A DNA stretch of 64,000 bases from an uncultured Spirochaetota bacterium (lineage in GTDB: Bacteria; Spirochaetota; Brevinematia; Brevinematales; JAOACQ01): NCBI GenBank assembly GCA_963783575.1, contig CAWAOD010000011.1, positions 320,001-384,000 on the forward strand, in the 5' to 3' direction. A program made the position numbers and the translations under genes. Positions 38,697-48,907 of the stretch are shown here, piece by piece (within the stretch, counting starts at the first letter, position 1; each line of letters begins with the position of its first letter). The notes under the pieces are model-generated. The model had not been told where the DNA came from and searched no databases. It saw only the letters and a program-made list of their open reading frames with translations.

Positions 38697-40766
38697 ATGA
38701 AATGCATTTCTTCGAAAGAAATAACAATTTCTAAATGGGAAATTTTATCATTAATAATGTTTACTGTTTTTTTCTCCGCATGGAATATAATAAATACTAA
38801 AACATTTTATTTTGAAACACCTTTATTTTTTTTGTTTTTATCTTTTTTTTGTTGGTTAACAGGAAAACTAATAGTAGAGATATTTCCACATATTTTTAAA
38901 AATTTAGCCGGCTTTAATTTATACTTTATTTTAGGTTTCTATTTTATTAATTCCTTGATTTTATGCATACAATTTATTTTTCCATTTAGTTTAAAAATGG
39001 ATTTAATTGTTAGTTTATTTTGTATATTAATTGCTTATGTTACTATATCGAAAGTATCAAAAATTCGTATAATAAATTTTATGGACAGTAAGGATAATTT
39101 ACAATCATTTCTTTCATTAATGTTAATAATGCTGGCTACTTCCCTTTGGACCCAATCTTCTATTAACGCAGTACTTAACAGCGGCGAAATAACTATATAT
39201 AAACCATGGATGGATAGTTTTTTTCATGCTCGCCAGATATGCGCTTTTACAGCTTCACATGGGTTTAATACTATTGGTAATATGCTTGTATCCGGGAAAC
39301 CACCTATTTTTTACCACTATGCGAGTTATATTATTCCAGCCGAATTATGTTCTTTCACACCTACTACCTCCTTTCAATCTTTTTGCAGTTTTCTAATCCC
39401 CTGCGGTTTATTTTTAACGGGATTAGCGGCCTTTATATTGATTGAATTATTTTGGGGATCCTGGGCTGGTTTTGCGGCTTGTGTGGCTTTATTTCTTATT
39501 CCGGACCCGTCTCGAATAATTCTTAATAATCATTGGTATAGTTATCAATGGCTTCAGCAAATAAGTCCTTCCGGGATGTATGGAATTGCTTTAATGGCAA
39601 TTGCCTGGATTTTTATGCTTGAGGGATGTAAAAAAGGAATCATTTCTGCAGTCATAATCAGCTATCTCATTACAATATTATGTATTAATTACAAATTTCA
39701 TTTATTTTTTGCAAATTCTTTTATAATATGGATTTATCCAACATTATTTTTCAATAAATTTTCTAAAGTTATAAAATCAATTTTGTTTATTTTTGCCGCA
39801 GCATTATATATAGCTATTATAATATATTCACAAAAATTTACCAATTTGCCTTATATTAATTTAGATGGCAGTGCAATTTCTAATTATTCAACTTTTGTTT
39901 TATCGATGTGTGAAAATAAATGGCTGCAGTCTTTTTTTTCTGCTAAGATATCAACAGGAATACCATTTATAAATACAATTTTAAATCTTTGCTTTTGGGG
40001 GATGATGATATTTATTAACACTTTCGGAATATTTGGCTTACTGTATTTTATTATTCTATGGCTACAGAGAAAAAAAATAAACTTAAACATACTCATATTT
40101 CCATTGATTATTATTGTCAATTATATGGTAATGTCACTTGGCCTGGCATACGATAAACATGGAATTGCTATGCCGGAAGAATTAATACACAGACCATTTA
40201 TCTGGGCGTATTTTATTGTCTGTATTTGGGTGGGTGGTGCTATTTATTTTTATCTACAAGATTATCTGGTTCAGAATAATAAGATACAAAAATCTTTTAT
40301 TTTTATAATTATTATTTCTTTTTTATTTATTCCATATAAACTTGGGGTTGATATTCAGGGAGGAATTTCCTGGGGTAAAAGCTATATTAATAACCAAATA
40401 CCTACTGGCTTGGTAAATTGTTGTGACTATATTCGGAATCATAGTTCAAAAAATATAGTTATTCAAGATTCGAGAGATGACAGGTTTGGAGAAGTGACAG
40501 CTTTATCAGAGCGTCAATGTTTTGTTATAAATTATTTCACACAAAGAATTTTGTTACCTGAGCAAATTACAAGAATTGAGGCGGTTTCAAATCTGAAAAA
40601 TATGAAGGATGAGTCAGAAATAAAGAATTTTTTCAGTAAAAACAAAATTGATATGTATGTATTACACTCTGATGAAGTTGTTAGCTGGCCAAAGAATATT
40701 TTAGATAAATATGTTTATCAGTCGTATGGATATAAAGTCTATTCTTATATTAATAGCTTTAATTAA
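38697..40766 (+). CDS. Polytopic membrane protein, possible GT-C glycosyltransferase
   Basis: Many TM helices; loop with PWMDSFFH and FYHYASY; soluble C-terminal domain ALSERQ. Confidence 0.5.
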   Translation: MKCISSKEITISKWEILSLIMFTVFFSAWNIINTKTFYFETPLFFLFLSFFCWLTGKLIVEIFPHIFKNLAGFNLYFILGFYFINSLILCIQFIFPFSLKMDLIVSLFCILIAYVTISKVSKIRIINFMDSKDNLQSFLSLMLIMLATSLWTQSSINAVLNSGEITIYKPWMDSFFHARQICAFTASHGFNTIGNMLVSGKPPIFYHYASYIIPAELCSFTPTTSFQSFCSFLIPCGLFLTGLAAFILIELFWGSWAGFAACVALFLIPDPSRIILNNHWYSYQWLQQISPSGMYGIALMAIAWIFMLEGCKKGIISAVIISYLITILCINYKFHLFFANSFIIWIYPTLFFNKFSKVIKSILFIFAAALYIAIIIYSQKFTNLPYINLDGSAISNYSTFVLSMCENKWLQSFFSAKISTGIPFINTILNLCFWGMMIFINTFGIFGLLYFIILWLQRKKINLNILIFPLIIIVNYMVMSLGLAYDKHGIAMPEELIHRPFIWAYFIVCIWVGGAIYFYLQDYLVQNNKIQKSFIFIIIISFLFIPYKLGVDIQGGISWGKSYINNQIPTGLVNCCDYIRNHSSKNIVIQDSRDDRFGEVTALSERQCFVINYFTQRILLPEQITRIEAVSNLKNMKDESEIKNFFSKNKIDMYVLHSDEVVSWPKNILDKYVYQSYGYKVYSYINSFN

Positions 40767-40938
40767 TTATAAATATGGAATTGATTCATTTTGGATTATA
40801 GTTATTAAGAAAATTTGGGTGTAGATAGTTTATAAAAGACGTTTATGTGAAAAATTAGTTTCTTAATTAAAGTATAAAATTCCAGTTAAAGAGTTATCAG
40901 TTATTGATACTAATAGATATGAAAAGGATAGATTTATT

Positions 40939-41649
40939 ATGAAAACTATTATAATTGTTCCCGCTTACAATGAAGAAAAAAATATAGCGGCTGTTATCGA
41001 ATCTTTAAAAAAACAAAATCAAGAGTGGGATATTATTGTGATCAATGATTGTTCTGATGATAACACCGGGGTTATAGCTGAATCTACCGGGAAAGCTTTA
41101 GTTATTAATCTTCCAATAAATCTGGGAATAGGCGGTGTAGTACAATTAGGTTTTAAGTATGCTCTGAGGAATAATTATGATATAGCTCTTCAATTTGATG
41201 GCGATGGTCAGCACAAAGCTTCCGAAATTGAAAAATTATTGGAACCGATCAAAAATGGTGAAGCAGATATTGTTATCGGTTCACGCTTTTGTGAAAAAAG
41301 AGATGGATATAAATCAACGGCAAGCAGAAGATTAGGAATTAAGGTATTTGAAATAATCAATTCATTATTGATTAAACAAAAAATCACAGATAATACTTCC
41401 GGGTTTCGTGCTTATAATAAAAAAACAATCGAATTTTTATCTAACAATTATCCCTCGGATTATCCTGAACCCGAAACAGTCGTATTGCTTGGAAGAAATG
41501 ATTTTAAAATTAAAGAAATATATACTGAAATGCAAGAAAGAAAAGCAGGGAAATCTTCAATATTCGGTTTAAAATCATTTTATTATATGATCAAAGTATT
41601 ATTAGCAATATTTATGACAGCAATAAGAAAGAAAATAAACAAGGAGTAA
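40939..41649 (+). CDS. DPM1-like GT2 (undecaprenyl-phosphate glycosyltransferase)
   Basis: IIVPAYNEE, NLGIGG, QFDGDGQH, IGSRF, DNTSGFRA, DYPEPE. Confidence 0.9.
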   Translation: MKTIIIVPAYNEEKNIAAVIESLKKQNQEWDIIVINDCSDDNTGVIAESTGKALVINLPINLGIGGVVQLGFKYALRNNYDIALQFDGDGQHKASEIEKLLEPIKNGEADIVIGSRFCEKRDGYKSTASRRLGIKVFEIINSLLIKQKITDNTSGFRAYNKKTIEFLSNNYPSDYPEPETVVLLGRNDFKIKEIYTEMQERKAGKSSIFGLKSFYYMIKVLLAIFMTAIRKKINKE

Positions 41650-41652
41650 TTC

Positions 41653-42033
41653 ATGGGAAATACTGTGAATATTAATATTATACAATATGTTGCAATTGTT
41701 GGAAGCATAGCTTTTTTTTTGTTAATTGTAAATTTTGTCAGAAAAAAGAAAATAAAAGAAGAATATTCTTTACTTTGGTTTATTTTTAGCATTGTCTTTA
41801 TAATTATTTCACTGTGGAGAAAATTACTGGATTTATTAGCATATATTTTGGGTGTTGCTTATCCACCTGCGGCACTCTTACTCATATTTATATTGGTAAT
41901 ATTATTAATTTTAATTCAGTTTTCTATTACAATTTCTAAATTAAGTGATCAGAATAAAAATATGGCTCAGGAACTGGGGCTGCTCCGAGCAGAAGTTAAT
42001 ATATTAAAAAGGAATAATAAAATCGAACATTAA
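41653..42033 (+). CDS. DUF2304 family membrane protein
   Basis: Y.LLW, LGVAYPP, ISKL..Q.K..AQELGLL; directly follows the DPM1-like GT2. Confidence 0.82.
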   Translation: MGNTVNINIIQYVAIVGSIAFFLLIVNFVRKKKIKEEYSLLWFIFSIVFIIISLWRKLLDLLAYILGVAYPPAALLLIFILVILLILIQFSITISKLSDQNKNMAQELGLLRAEVNILKRNNKIEH

Positions 42034-42092
42034 ATTTAAAATGTTATATCTGTTGAATTGTTAATTAAAACATACGGGGATATTTTATAATT

Positions 42093-42879
42093 ATGATTGA
42101 TTTACATACTTTTGTCGTATTGGCTTATAAGGAATCTGGGTATATCGCTGATTGTATAGGATCGTTATTGAACCAAACAATAAAAAGTAAAATTATTTTA
42201 ACAACATCAACACCTTCTTTTTATTTAAAAAATATAGCCGATCAATTTAATATTCCTTTATTAATAAATCCAGAAAAGAAAAATATTGCTTGTGATTGGA
42301 ATTTTGCATTTAAGAATTGCGATACTAAATATCTGACATTAGCACATCAGGATGATATATATAAACCTGAATATCTGGAAAATTGTTTAAATACAGCTGA
42401 AAAATACCCTGATAACTTGATTACATTCACTGATTATGACGAAATTTATCAGGGAAAAATCAGGAAAATTACTTTGATGCTTTTAATAAAAAAACTGTTA
42501 TTATGGCCATATTTATTTAAAAATGCAATTTCTAACCCTATTTTTAAAAGATTGATACTTTCTTTCGGATCATCTATACCATGTCCAAGTGTATTATATA
42601 ATTTGGTTAATTTAATAAATTTTAAATTTGAGGAAGAATTTTCAATAAATTTGGATTGGGATGCCTGGTTAAGATTATCAAAAAAAAAGAGGGAGCTTTA
42701 TTTATATTAAACATAAGTTATTATCACATAGAATATATGAACAATCTGAAACCAGCAAAGGTATAAAAGAAAAAAAAAGACAGGCAGAAGATTTAAAAAT
42801 TTTTCAAAAACTTTGGCCAAACTGGTTAGCAAATCTTATAAGTAAAATATATTTAATTAGTTATCGTTCTAATCAATAA
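42093..42879 (+). pseudogene. GT2 glycosyltransferase frameshifted at an A9 tract (42680-42688)
   Basis: HTFVVLAYKES, DWNFA, AHQDD, CPSV, LDWDAW; removing one A continues as RGSFIYIKHKLLSHRIYEQSETS..EDLKIFQKLWP..SYRSNQ* to 42879. Confidence 0.78.
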
Positions 42880-42924
42880 TGAAGCTTAACTATGAAAATT
42901 TGCTGAAGGTAGGTGTGAATTATT

Positions 42925-43659
42925 ATGAATATAAGGCAATTAGAAGTGATTAATAATTTGGATTATATTCCATTAGAGAAATTAATTATTCCTTCTCCGG
43001 TAAATAAATTGAAATATCTTATGATCGAGGGCAAGGATAAAATTATTTTAGATTTAGGAGCTCTAGACGAAACAGCTTATGATTTAAAGCTGTCAACAGA
43101 TTATTGGGTTCATAAAAAGCTGGCATTTGTTGCAAAACAAGTCATTGGGGTGGATTCATCCGACTTAATTCCGGAAGGTGGAATTAAAACTTCGGAAAAC
43201 AGTATGATTTTCAAAGGTAATGTTTATCATTTAGAAAATTATCTGACAAGAAATAATATAGATTTGATTATAGCCGGTGAATTAATTGAACATTTGCCAA
43301 ATGTTTTATTATTTTTTGAAAATATAAAGAAAATATCCAATAAATATGGTTTGGAAATGATTATAACTACTCCTAATGCTAGTAGCCTTTATAATTTCAT
43401 ACTTGGAATATTTAAAAGAGAATCTACCCATAAAGATCATTTAAGCATTTTTTCTTATAAGATTCTTAATACCTTATGTAAAAAGACTAGATTTCGCTCC
43501 TGGCAAATTATTCCCTACTATGTTAAATTTAGTGAGATGGTACTTGGATCAAAAGGAATAAAGAAGTTATTAATAATACTATTTGAGAAAATGATCAATT
43601 TTCTAGAATATTTATTTCCAATGTTATCAGGCGGATTGATAGTAAAAATAAAAATATGA
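42925..43659 (+). CDS. Class I SAM-dependent methyltransferase-like protein
   Basis: ILDLGA, VIGVD, IIAGELIEHL, IITTPN. Confidence 0.78.
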   Translation: MNIRQLEVINNLDYIPLEKLIIPSPVNKLKYLMIEGKDKIILDLGALDETAYDLKLSTDYWVHKKLAFVAKQVIGVDSSDLIPEGGIKTSENSMIFKGNVYHLENYLTRNNIDLIIAGELIEHLPNVLLFFENIKKISNKYGLEMIITTPNASSLYNFILGIFKRESTHKDHLSIFSYKILNTLCKKTRFRSWQIIPYYVKFSEMVLGSKGIKKLLIILFEKMINFLEYLFPMLSGGLIVKIKI

Positions 43660-43669
43660 GGAATCACAA

Positions 43670-44047
43670 ATGTTTAGAGTAATTTTTTGGACGATCATAT
43701 TTTCTCTCGCAACAGCATTTTCTGTAATGTTAACTGGAGATAGAAGCTTAATTTCTAACAATTTATTTAAATTAACGAATATCTTAAAATTGATACTGAA
43801 TTGGAAATTTATTCTTGCAATGATTTTAGCCATTGCGGCAAGATTCGCATTTATTTTTATTAATAATTCCATCTTGAATATTTCTTATTTGGCTAAAAAC
43901 TCAACAACAATTACGGCTTTTGTTACAACGGTTGCATATATGTTTGTTGTATTTGCAAATTTTCTGTTTTTAGATGAAAGAATAACTTTACAACAGGGAA
44001 TCGGCTGCGTAATAATAACTTTGGGTATTGTAATATTATTAAAGTAG
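43670..44047 (+). CDS. Small 4-TM EamA/SMR-like membrane protein (candidate flippase)
   Basis: Four TM segments; C-terminal FLDERITLQQGIGCVIITLGIVILL. Confidence 0.65.
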   Translation: MFRVIFWTIIFSLATAFSVMLTGDRSLISNNLFKLTNILKLILNWKFILAMILAIAARFAFIFINNSILNISYLAKNSTTITAFVTTVAYMFVVFANFLFLDERITLQQGIGCVIITLGIVILLK

Positions 44048-44049
44048 AG

Positions 44050-44661
44050 GTGAAAATTGTGTTTTATATAATATCAGCTATGAAAAATAAATTATTAACA
44101 ATCCAAAAATATTTATTTATGTTGATGAATTCAAATATCATTATAGATAAATATACATATGGAGTTCCAAAAGTTTATTTTGGGAAATTAGAAAAAACCA
44201 AACTAATAATCGGGAAATTTTGCTCCATAGCGCCTAACCGAGTAATAATTATGCTTGGCGGACTTCATAGGACCGATTGGGTTTCAACTTACCCTTTTAA
44301 TGTTTTTTATAAAGAATTTAAGCATATTAAAGGAATTCCATTTTCCAAAGGAGATGTTAAAATTGGCAACGATGTATGGATTGGCCTGGATGCTGTTATA
44401 TTATCTGGTATAACAATTGGTGATGGGGCAGTTATTGGCGCTAATTCCTTGGTTACAAAAGATGTTCCGCCTTATGCAATAGTTGGAGGAGATCCCGCTA
44501 AAATTCTTCGCTATAGGTTTGATGAAAAAACTATTCAGAAACTTTTAGAAATAAAATGGTGGGATTGGAGCCTGGTTTATATAAAAAAAGCTATTCCATA
44601 TATTCTAGATAATGATCTTGAACATTTTTTTGAGTTTGCTTCTAAATTAGAAAAAAATTAG
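44050..44661 (+). CDS. CatB/Vat-like hexapeptide O-acetyltransferase
   Basis: IGKFCSIA, HRTDWVSTYPF, IGNDVWIG, VPPYAIVGGDPAKILRYRF, IKWWDW. Confidence 0.85.
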   Translation: MKIVFYIISAMKNKLLTIQKYLFMLMNSNIIIDKYTYGVPKVYFGKLEKTKLIIGKFCSIAPNRVIIMLGGLHRTDWVSTYPFNVFYKEFKHIKGIPFSKGDVKIGNDVWIGLDAVILSGITIGDGAVIGANSLVTKDVPPYAIVGGDPAKILRYRFDEKTIQKLLEIKWWDWSLVYIKKAIPYILDNDLEHFFEFASKLEKN

Positions 44662-44825
44662 TTATACATCCGTTTTATCGGAATATGATTTTAAAGTATT
44701 TGTTTATTATAGATTCAGCTTGGTATCTTGAAAAATGAATTGCATATTTTTTGGAGAAAGATAAACATGAAACCCGCTTTTAAAACACAAATTTCAGTCG
44801 AAGTAATCTTAAAGATGATAATGCA

Positions 44826-46697
44826 ATGAAGAATGAAGTAAATCAAAATGGTCTTGTTTTAAACACCCAATGGATTGAACAGGAAAAAGCATATCAAAAA
44901 TGGATAATTAAAAATGATTTAAAGTCTGATGAAATCAGAAGACAAAGGGAAATGCAATTTAGCTACATGCCTAAAATTAAAATCTTAACTGCAATTATAG
45001 ATCTATCGGGTGCTTTTCTTGATTCGATGTTGCATTCTGTGATTAGCCAAACCTATCAAAATTGGGAATTATGCGCCGTTCAATGCAATTTGCTCAATAC
45101 TCATTTCCGGGACATTTTGGAATCATACTCTAATAAAGACAAGAGAATTAAAAATTATATTATAGATGGAGTATTAAATAAAGCATCATTATATAATACT
45201 GGGGTGGAATTCAGCGATGGTGAATTTACAGTTTTACTGGATGACCAGGATGTTCTCAATCCCGATGCTTTGTTTGAAATTCTAAATGCGATCAACCAGT
45301 ATCCCGATCTTGATATTCTATATTCTGATCATGACATGATTTCTGCGGATGGAAAGATAAGGAAAAATCCTGTTTTCAAGCCGGATTACAATCCTGATTT
45401 ACTTTTAAATTATAACTATATTTCAAATTTATTTGCTTTCAGAACTTCACTTGCCAAAAGGGCCGGATGGTTTAAGGATGAATTTGGAAAAGCTGAAACC
45501 TATGATTTAATTTTGAGATTGATTGAACAAACCGATAAAATCTATCATATTCCCAAAATATTATATCATATAAGGGAAAATTATGAATTAAATACAGATT
45601 ATCTTAAGTATTCTGAAAAAGCACTATTGGAACATATGCAGAGAAGAGGTATAAAAGCTATAATTGAGAAAGGTTTAATTAATGGGTGTTTAAAAGTCAG
45701 CTATCCTGTTGAGAAAAAAACAACAATTTCTATAATAATAATGAATAAAAATAATGCTAAATTTCTTGCTAACTGTATTCATTCTATTATAAAAAAAACA
45801 AGTTACAATGATTATGAGATAATAATTGTAGAAAACGGAAGTACAGAAAAGAGTATATTTAAACTTTATCAAAGATTACAAAAAAATCAAAAAATACGAA
45901 TATTAAAATGGGAAAAAGAATTTAATTACTCCGTATTAAATAATTTTGCCGCAAGACAAGCAACAGGCGATTTATTTTTATTTTTGAATAATGATATGAA
46001 AGTAATATCTTCTGATTGGCTGGAACAAATGGCTGGATATGCTCTGCGTAAAGATGTAGGTGCTGTCGGGGCAAAACTTTATTATTTGGATAATACTATT
46101 CAGCACGCCGGAGTGATTAATTTTTGGGCTCATGTTCATCGCTTTACGGTGAAAAACAATCCCGGATATTGCGGTAGGCTTATGATGGTACAAAATTATT
46201 CCGTTGTTACTGGCGCCTGTTTGATGATTCGAAAAGAAGTTTTTAATGAAATTAATGGTTTTGATGAAATATTTGCTGTAAGTTATAATGATTTTGATTT
46301 ATGTCTCAAGCTTCGTGTAAAAGGGTATTTAATTGTCTTTACCCCATATGTGGAATTGTACCATTATGAATGTATGACCAGAATGAATCTAGATTCTTTA
46401 GAGAACCTGGAAAGGACAAGTAATGAAACACAGCTTTTTAATGAACGGTGGAAAAAAGTGATTGATAAGGGAGATCCTTATTTTAACCGGAATTTATCTA
46501 AAGAAAGGGACGATTTTGCTATAGATTTAGGTGATAATACGTCAGTAAATCAAAGATCAAATTTTTATATGATTGCGAAAGAAATTGAAAAGAAAACTTT
46601 AAAAATACCATTTTTAAATATCTTTTTCCGAATTGTTAAAAGTTATTATAAAAATATTAATTGGAGTTTAACAAAAATCTTAAATAAACATCATTAA
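44826..46697 (+). CDS. Double-GT2 glycosyltransferase, paralogue of 33705-35924
   Basis: LYSDHD, FKPD, HIPKILYH; second domain LNND, VGAKL, VTGAC, YNDFDLCL. Confidence 0.88.
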   Translation: MKNEVNQNGLVLNTQWIEQEKAYQKWIIKNDLKSDEIRRQREMQFSYMPKIKILTAIIDLSGAFLDSMLHSVISQTYQNWELCAVQCNLLNTHFRDILESYSNKDKRIKNYIIDGVLNKASLYNTGVEFSDGEFTVLLDDQDVLNPDALFEILNAINQYPDLDILYSDHDMISADGKIRKNPVFKPDYNPDLLLNYNYISNLFAFRTSLAKRAGWFKDEFGKAETYDLILRLIEQTDKIYHIPKILYHIRENYELNTDYLKYSEKALLEHMQRRGIKAIIEKGLINGCLKVSYPVEKKTTISIIIMNKNNAKFLANCIHSIIKKTSYNDYEIIIVENGSTEKSIFKLYQRLQKNQKIRILKWEKEFNYSVLNNFAARQATGDLFLFLNNDMKVISSDWLEQMAGYALRKDVGAVGAKLYYLDNTIQHAGVINFWAHVHRFTVKNNPGYCGRLMMVQNYSVVTGACLMIRKEVFNEINGFDEIFAVSYNDFDLCLKLRVKGYLIVFTPYVELYHYECMTRMNLDSLENLERTSNETQLFNERWKKVIDKGDPYFNRNLSKERDDFAIDLGDNTSVNQRSNFYMIAKEIEKKTLKIPFLNIFFRIVKSYYKNINWSLTKILNKHH

Positions 46698-46900
46698 ATT
46701 TATTGAGTCCGATAGGCCAAACGTAAAAAATAATTTACCAGAATTAAACATAGGGTTATGCTTGTTAAATTTGTATAAAATTATATAATCGATTTATAAT
46801 AAATAAAAATACAAAATAAAATATTTGATTATTGCTTGGATTCATGTTAATTTTGAATAATTTGTAAATAAATTAGATATTCATAATTTGGAGTTGAATA

Positions 46901-47749
46901 ATGAAAGGAGTTATTGTTGCCGCTGGTTATGGGATGCGTTTTCTTCCTTTAACAAAAACATTGCCAAAAGAAATGCTTCCGCTTTACGATAAACCATTGA
47001 TAGACTTTATACTTGATGAGTTTGAGGATGCCGGAATTAATGATGTTATTGTTATAACAAGCAGAAGAAAAAAAATCCTTGAGGATTATCTTGACAGGGA
47101 GGTTGAACTTGAATCTGTTCTGAAAAATGGCGGTAAATCTAGGCAACTGGAAAGTATAAAGCCGAGGAAAATGAACTTCATTTTTATTCGCCAGCAGGAA
47201 ATGAAAGGCACCGGCCATGCCCTTCTGTTAACAAAATCGGTTATAGGCAATGAGCCTTTTATCGTAGCATATCCTGATGATATTGTTCTGGGAATGCCCG
47301 GAATTTCAAGACAAATGATGGAACTATACAATCAAACCGGGAAATGCGTTCTGGCCGTTAGAAAAGAAGAACTAAATATCTCACGGTATGGAGTTGTTAA
47401 ACTCACAAAAAAAGATGGAATAAATATTGTGGGAAAAATAGTCGAAAAACCGGATAAAAATAATGCCCCAAGCAATCTTGTATCGATTGGCAGGTATTTA
47501 TTTACACCTGAAATGCTTTCTTTATTGGAAGCAGGATATCTGAATCACAAAAATGGGGAATATTATCATATCGATTCGATAAATGCCTTATGTTCCGAAA
47601 ATAAGGTCGCTGCTATGGAAATTAAGGGTCTGATGCTAGATACCGGCGAACCGCAGACTTATCTTACATCTTTATTGTTATACATAAAACAGCATCCTCA
47701 AGCATCGGATATTTTTAATGAGTTTGTAAAAAATAATTATAAAAGCTGA
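46901..47749 (+). CDS. galU: UTP-glucose-1-phosphate uridylyltransferase
   Basis: AAGYGMRFLPLTKTLPKEMLP, RQQEMKGTGHA, YPDD, IVEKP, GRYLFTP. Confidence 0.9.
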   Translation: MKGVIVAAGYGMRFLPLTKTLPKEMLPLYDKPLIDFILDEFEDAGINDVIVITSRRKKILEDYLDREVELESVLKNGGKSRQLESIKPRKMNFIFIRQQEMKGTGHALLLTKSVIGNEPFIVAYPDDIVLGMPGISRQMMELYNQTGKCVLAVRKEELNISRYGVVKLTKKDGINIVGKIVEKPDKNNAPSNLVSIGRYLFTPEMLSLLEAGYLNHKNGEYYHIDSINALCSENKVAAMEIKGLMLDTGEPQTYLTSLLLYIKQHPQASDIFNEFVKNNYKS

Positions 47750-47758
47750 GAGTTTATC

Positions 47759-47786
47759 TTGATTTTCAAGTATTGTATGATATAAT
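47759..47786 (+). promoter_or_regulatory. Putative sigma70 promoter of the OMP gene
   Basis: TTGATT-N16-TATAAT with extended -10 TGn, about 100 bp upstream of ATG 47887. Confidence 0.45.
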
Positions 47787-47886
47787 GATTTTTAAATACG
47801 CCCTTAAAACGGATATAATTTCCCGCATTTGATTACCTAATTTATTATTTGTAAGATTATGATTAAATTATTTTGAGGAGTAATTT

Positions 47887-48888
47887 ATGAAAAGATTTAT
47901 TTTCTCAGGTATTATTATTGCAATAATTTATGTGCCTTTTTTCGCAAATGATTTTGATGATATGAAAAGCAAAGTTGGGGATATCTCAAGCGATCTGGCA
48001 ACCCAAATATCAACTGCGATGGCTCCGAATTTCGGTTATTATACCGGCAGCGGCAATGTAACTCCTGTAAATACTTCAAGTTTCCTGGGATTAAAAATCG
48101 GAGTTGGGCTGGGACTAAATCTGACGCCGAATTTTTTTAGCGCAATGAATAATATTGAATCGGCAATTCCAGGGGCAAGTTCCGATCAGCTTGCTGATTC
48201 ATTAAAGTCTGCCGCAGGGGCAATGGCAGCCATTCCTTCGCCGTATGACCTTCTGTATGTAAAAATTGGCGTGCCGATTATTCCTCTTGACGTAGGTTTA
48301 AGGATTGGTGTTATTCCGGCATTATCTTTTGGCACATCGGATGGCTCTGTCGGAATAGGAGGATTTCATTTTGGAGTTGAGGGAAGATATTCTATATTTG
48401 AACTTCCTGCCGGTCTTATTAAAGTTGACGCTCGAGTTTCCTATGATTATGACGGAGGAAATATAAATGTTTCCGCAAAAACGACTCAGGATGCCGATAT
48501 CAACGGCAAAACAATCGGTTCAAACAACCTCACAATGGCCTGGAATATGGGATGGAGCGGATCTTCTATCGGTGCAAAATTAATGGGTGGATTGAATATA
48601 CCGCTTATTGGCGGACTTTATCTCGGCCTGGGGATGAATATTAATATTGGACAATTCAGTACGGAAGTCAAAACCGATTATGATTTTGGTCCAAACGGTA
48701 CCGGAACTTCAGAAGGATTAACAGAGCAGAAATTTACAGTTGATAAAACCGCTTCAGCCGGTTATAATGCTTTTGATCTAAGACTTATTGGGGGTGTTCA
48801 GATATTCTTTATAAATGCTGCGGTTGAATACGGTATATTGAACGGTAATTATGCTATAACCTTTATTCCATTTTCAATGGTATTTTAA
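47887..48888 (+). CDS. Predicted outer-membrane beta-barrel protein
   Basis: Signal peptide, Gly-rich alternating amphipathic strands, terminal Phe; GAGGAG RBS. Confidence 0.65.
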   Translation: MKRFIFSGIIIAIIYVPFFANDFDDMKSKVGDISSDLATQISTAMAPNFGYYTGSGNVTPVNTSSFLGLKIGVGLGLNLTPNFFSAMNNIESAIPGASSDQLADSLKSAAGAMAAIPSPYDLLYVKIGVPIIPLDVGLRIGVIPALSFGTSDGSVGIGGFHFGVEGRYSIFELPAGLIKVDARVSYDYDGGNINVSAKTTQDADINGKTIGSNNLTMAWNMGWSGSSIGAKLMGGLNIPLIGGLYLGLGMNINIGQFSTEVKTDYDFGPNGTGTSEGLTEQKFTVDKTASAGYNAFDLRLIGGVQIFFINAAVEYGILNGNYAITFIPFSMVF

Positions 48889-48907
48889 CAAAATGTCTCT
48901 TTGCCGG

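Noticed and set aside
44050..44661. CatB/Vat as an antibiotic-resistance gene
   Set aside because: It lies within a glycan-modification operon; sugar O-acetylation is the simpler explanation.
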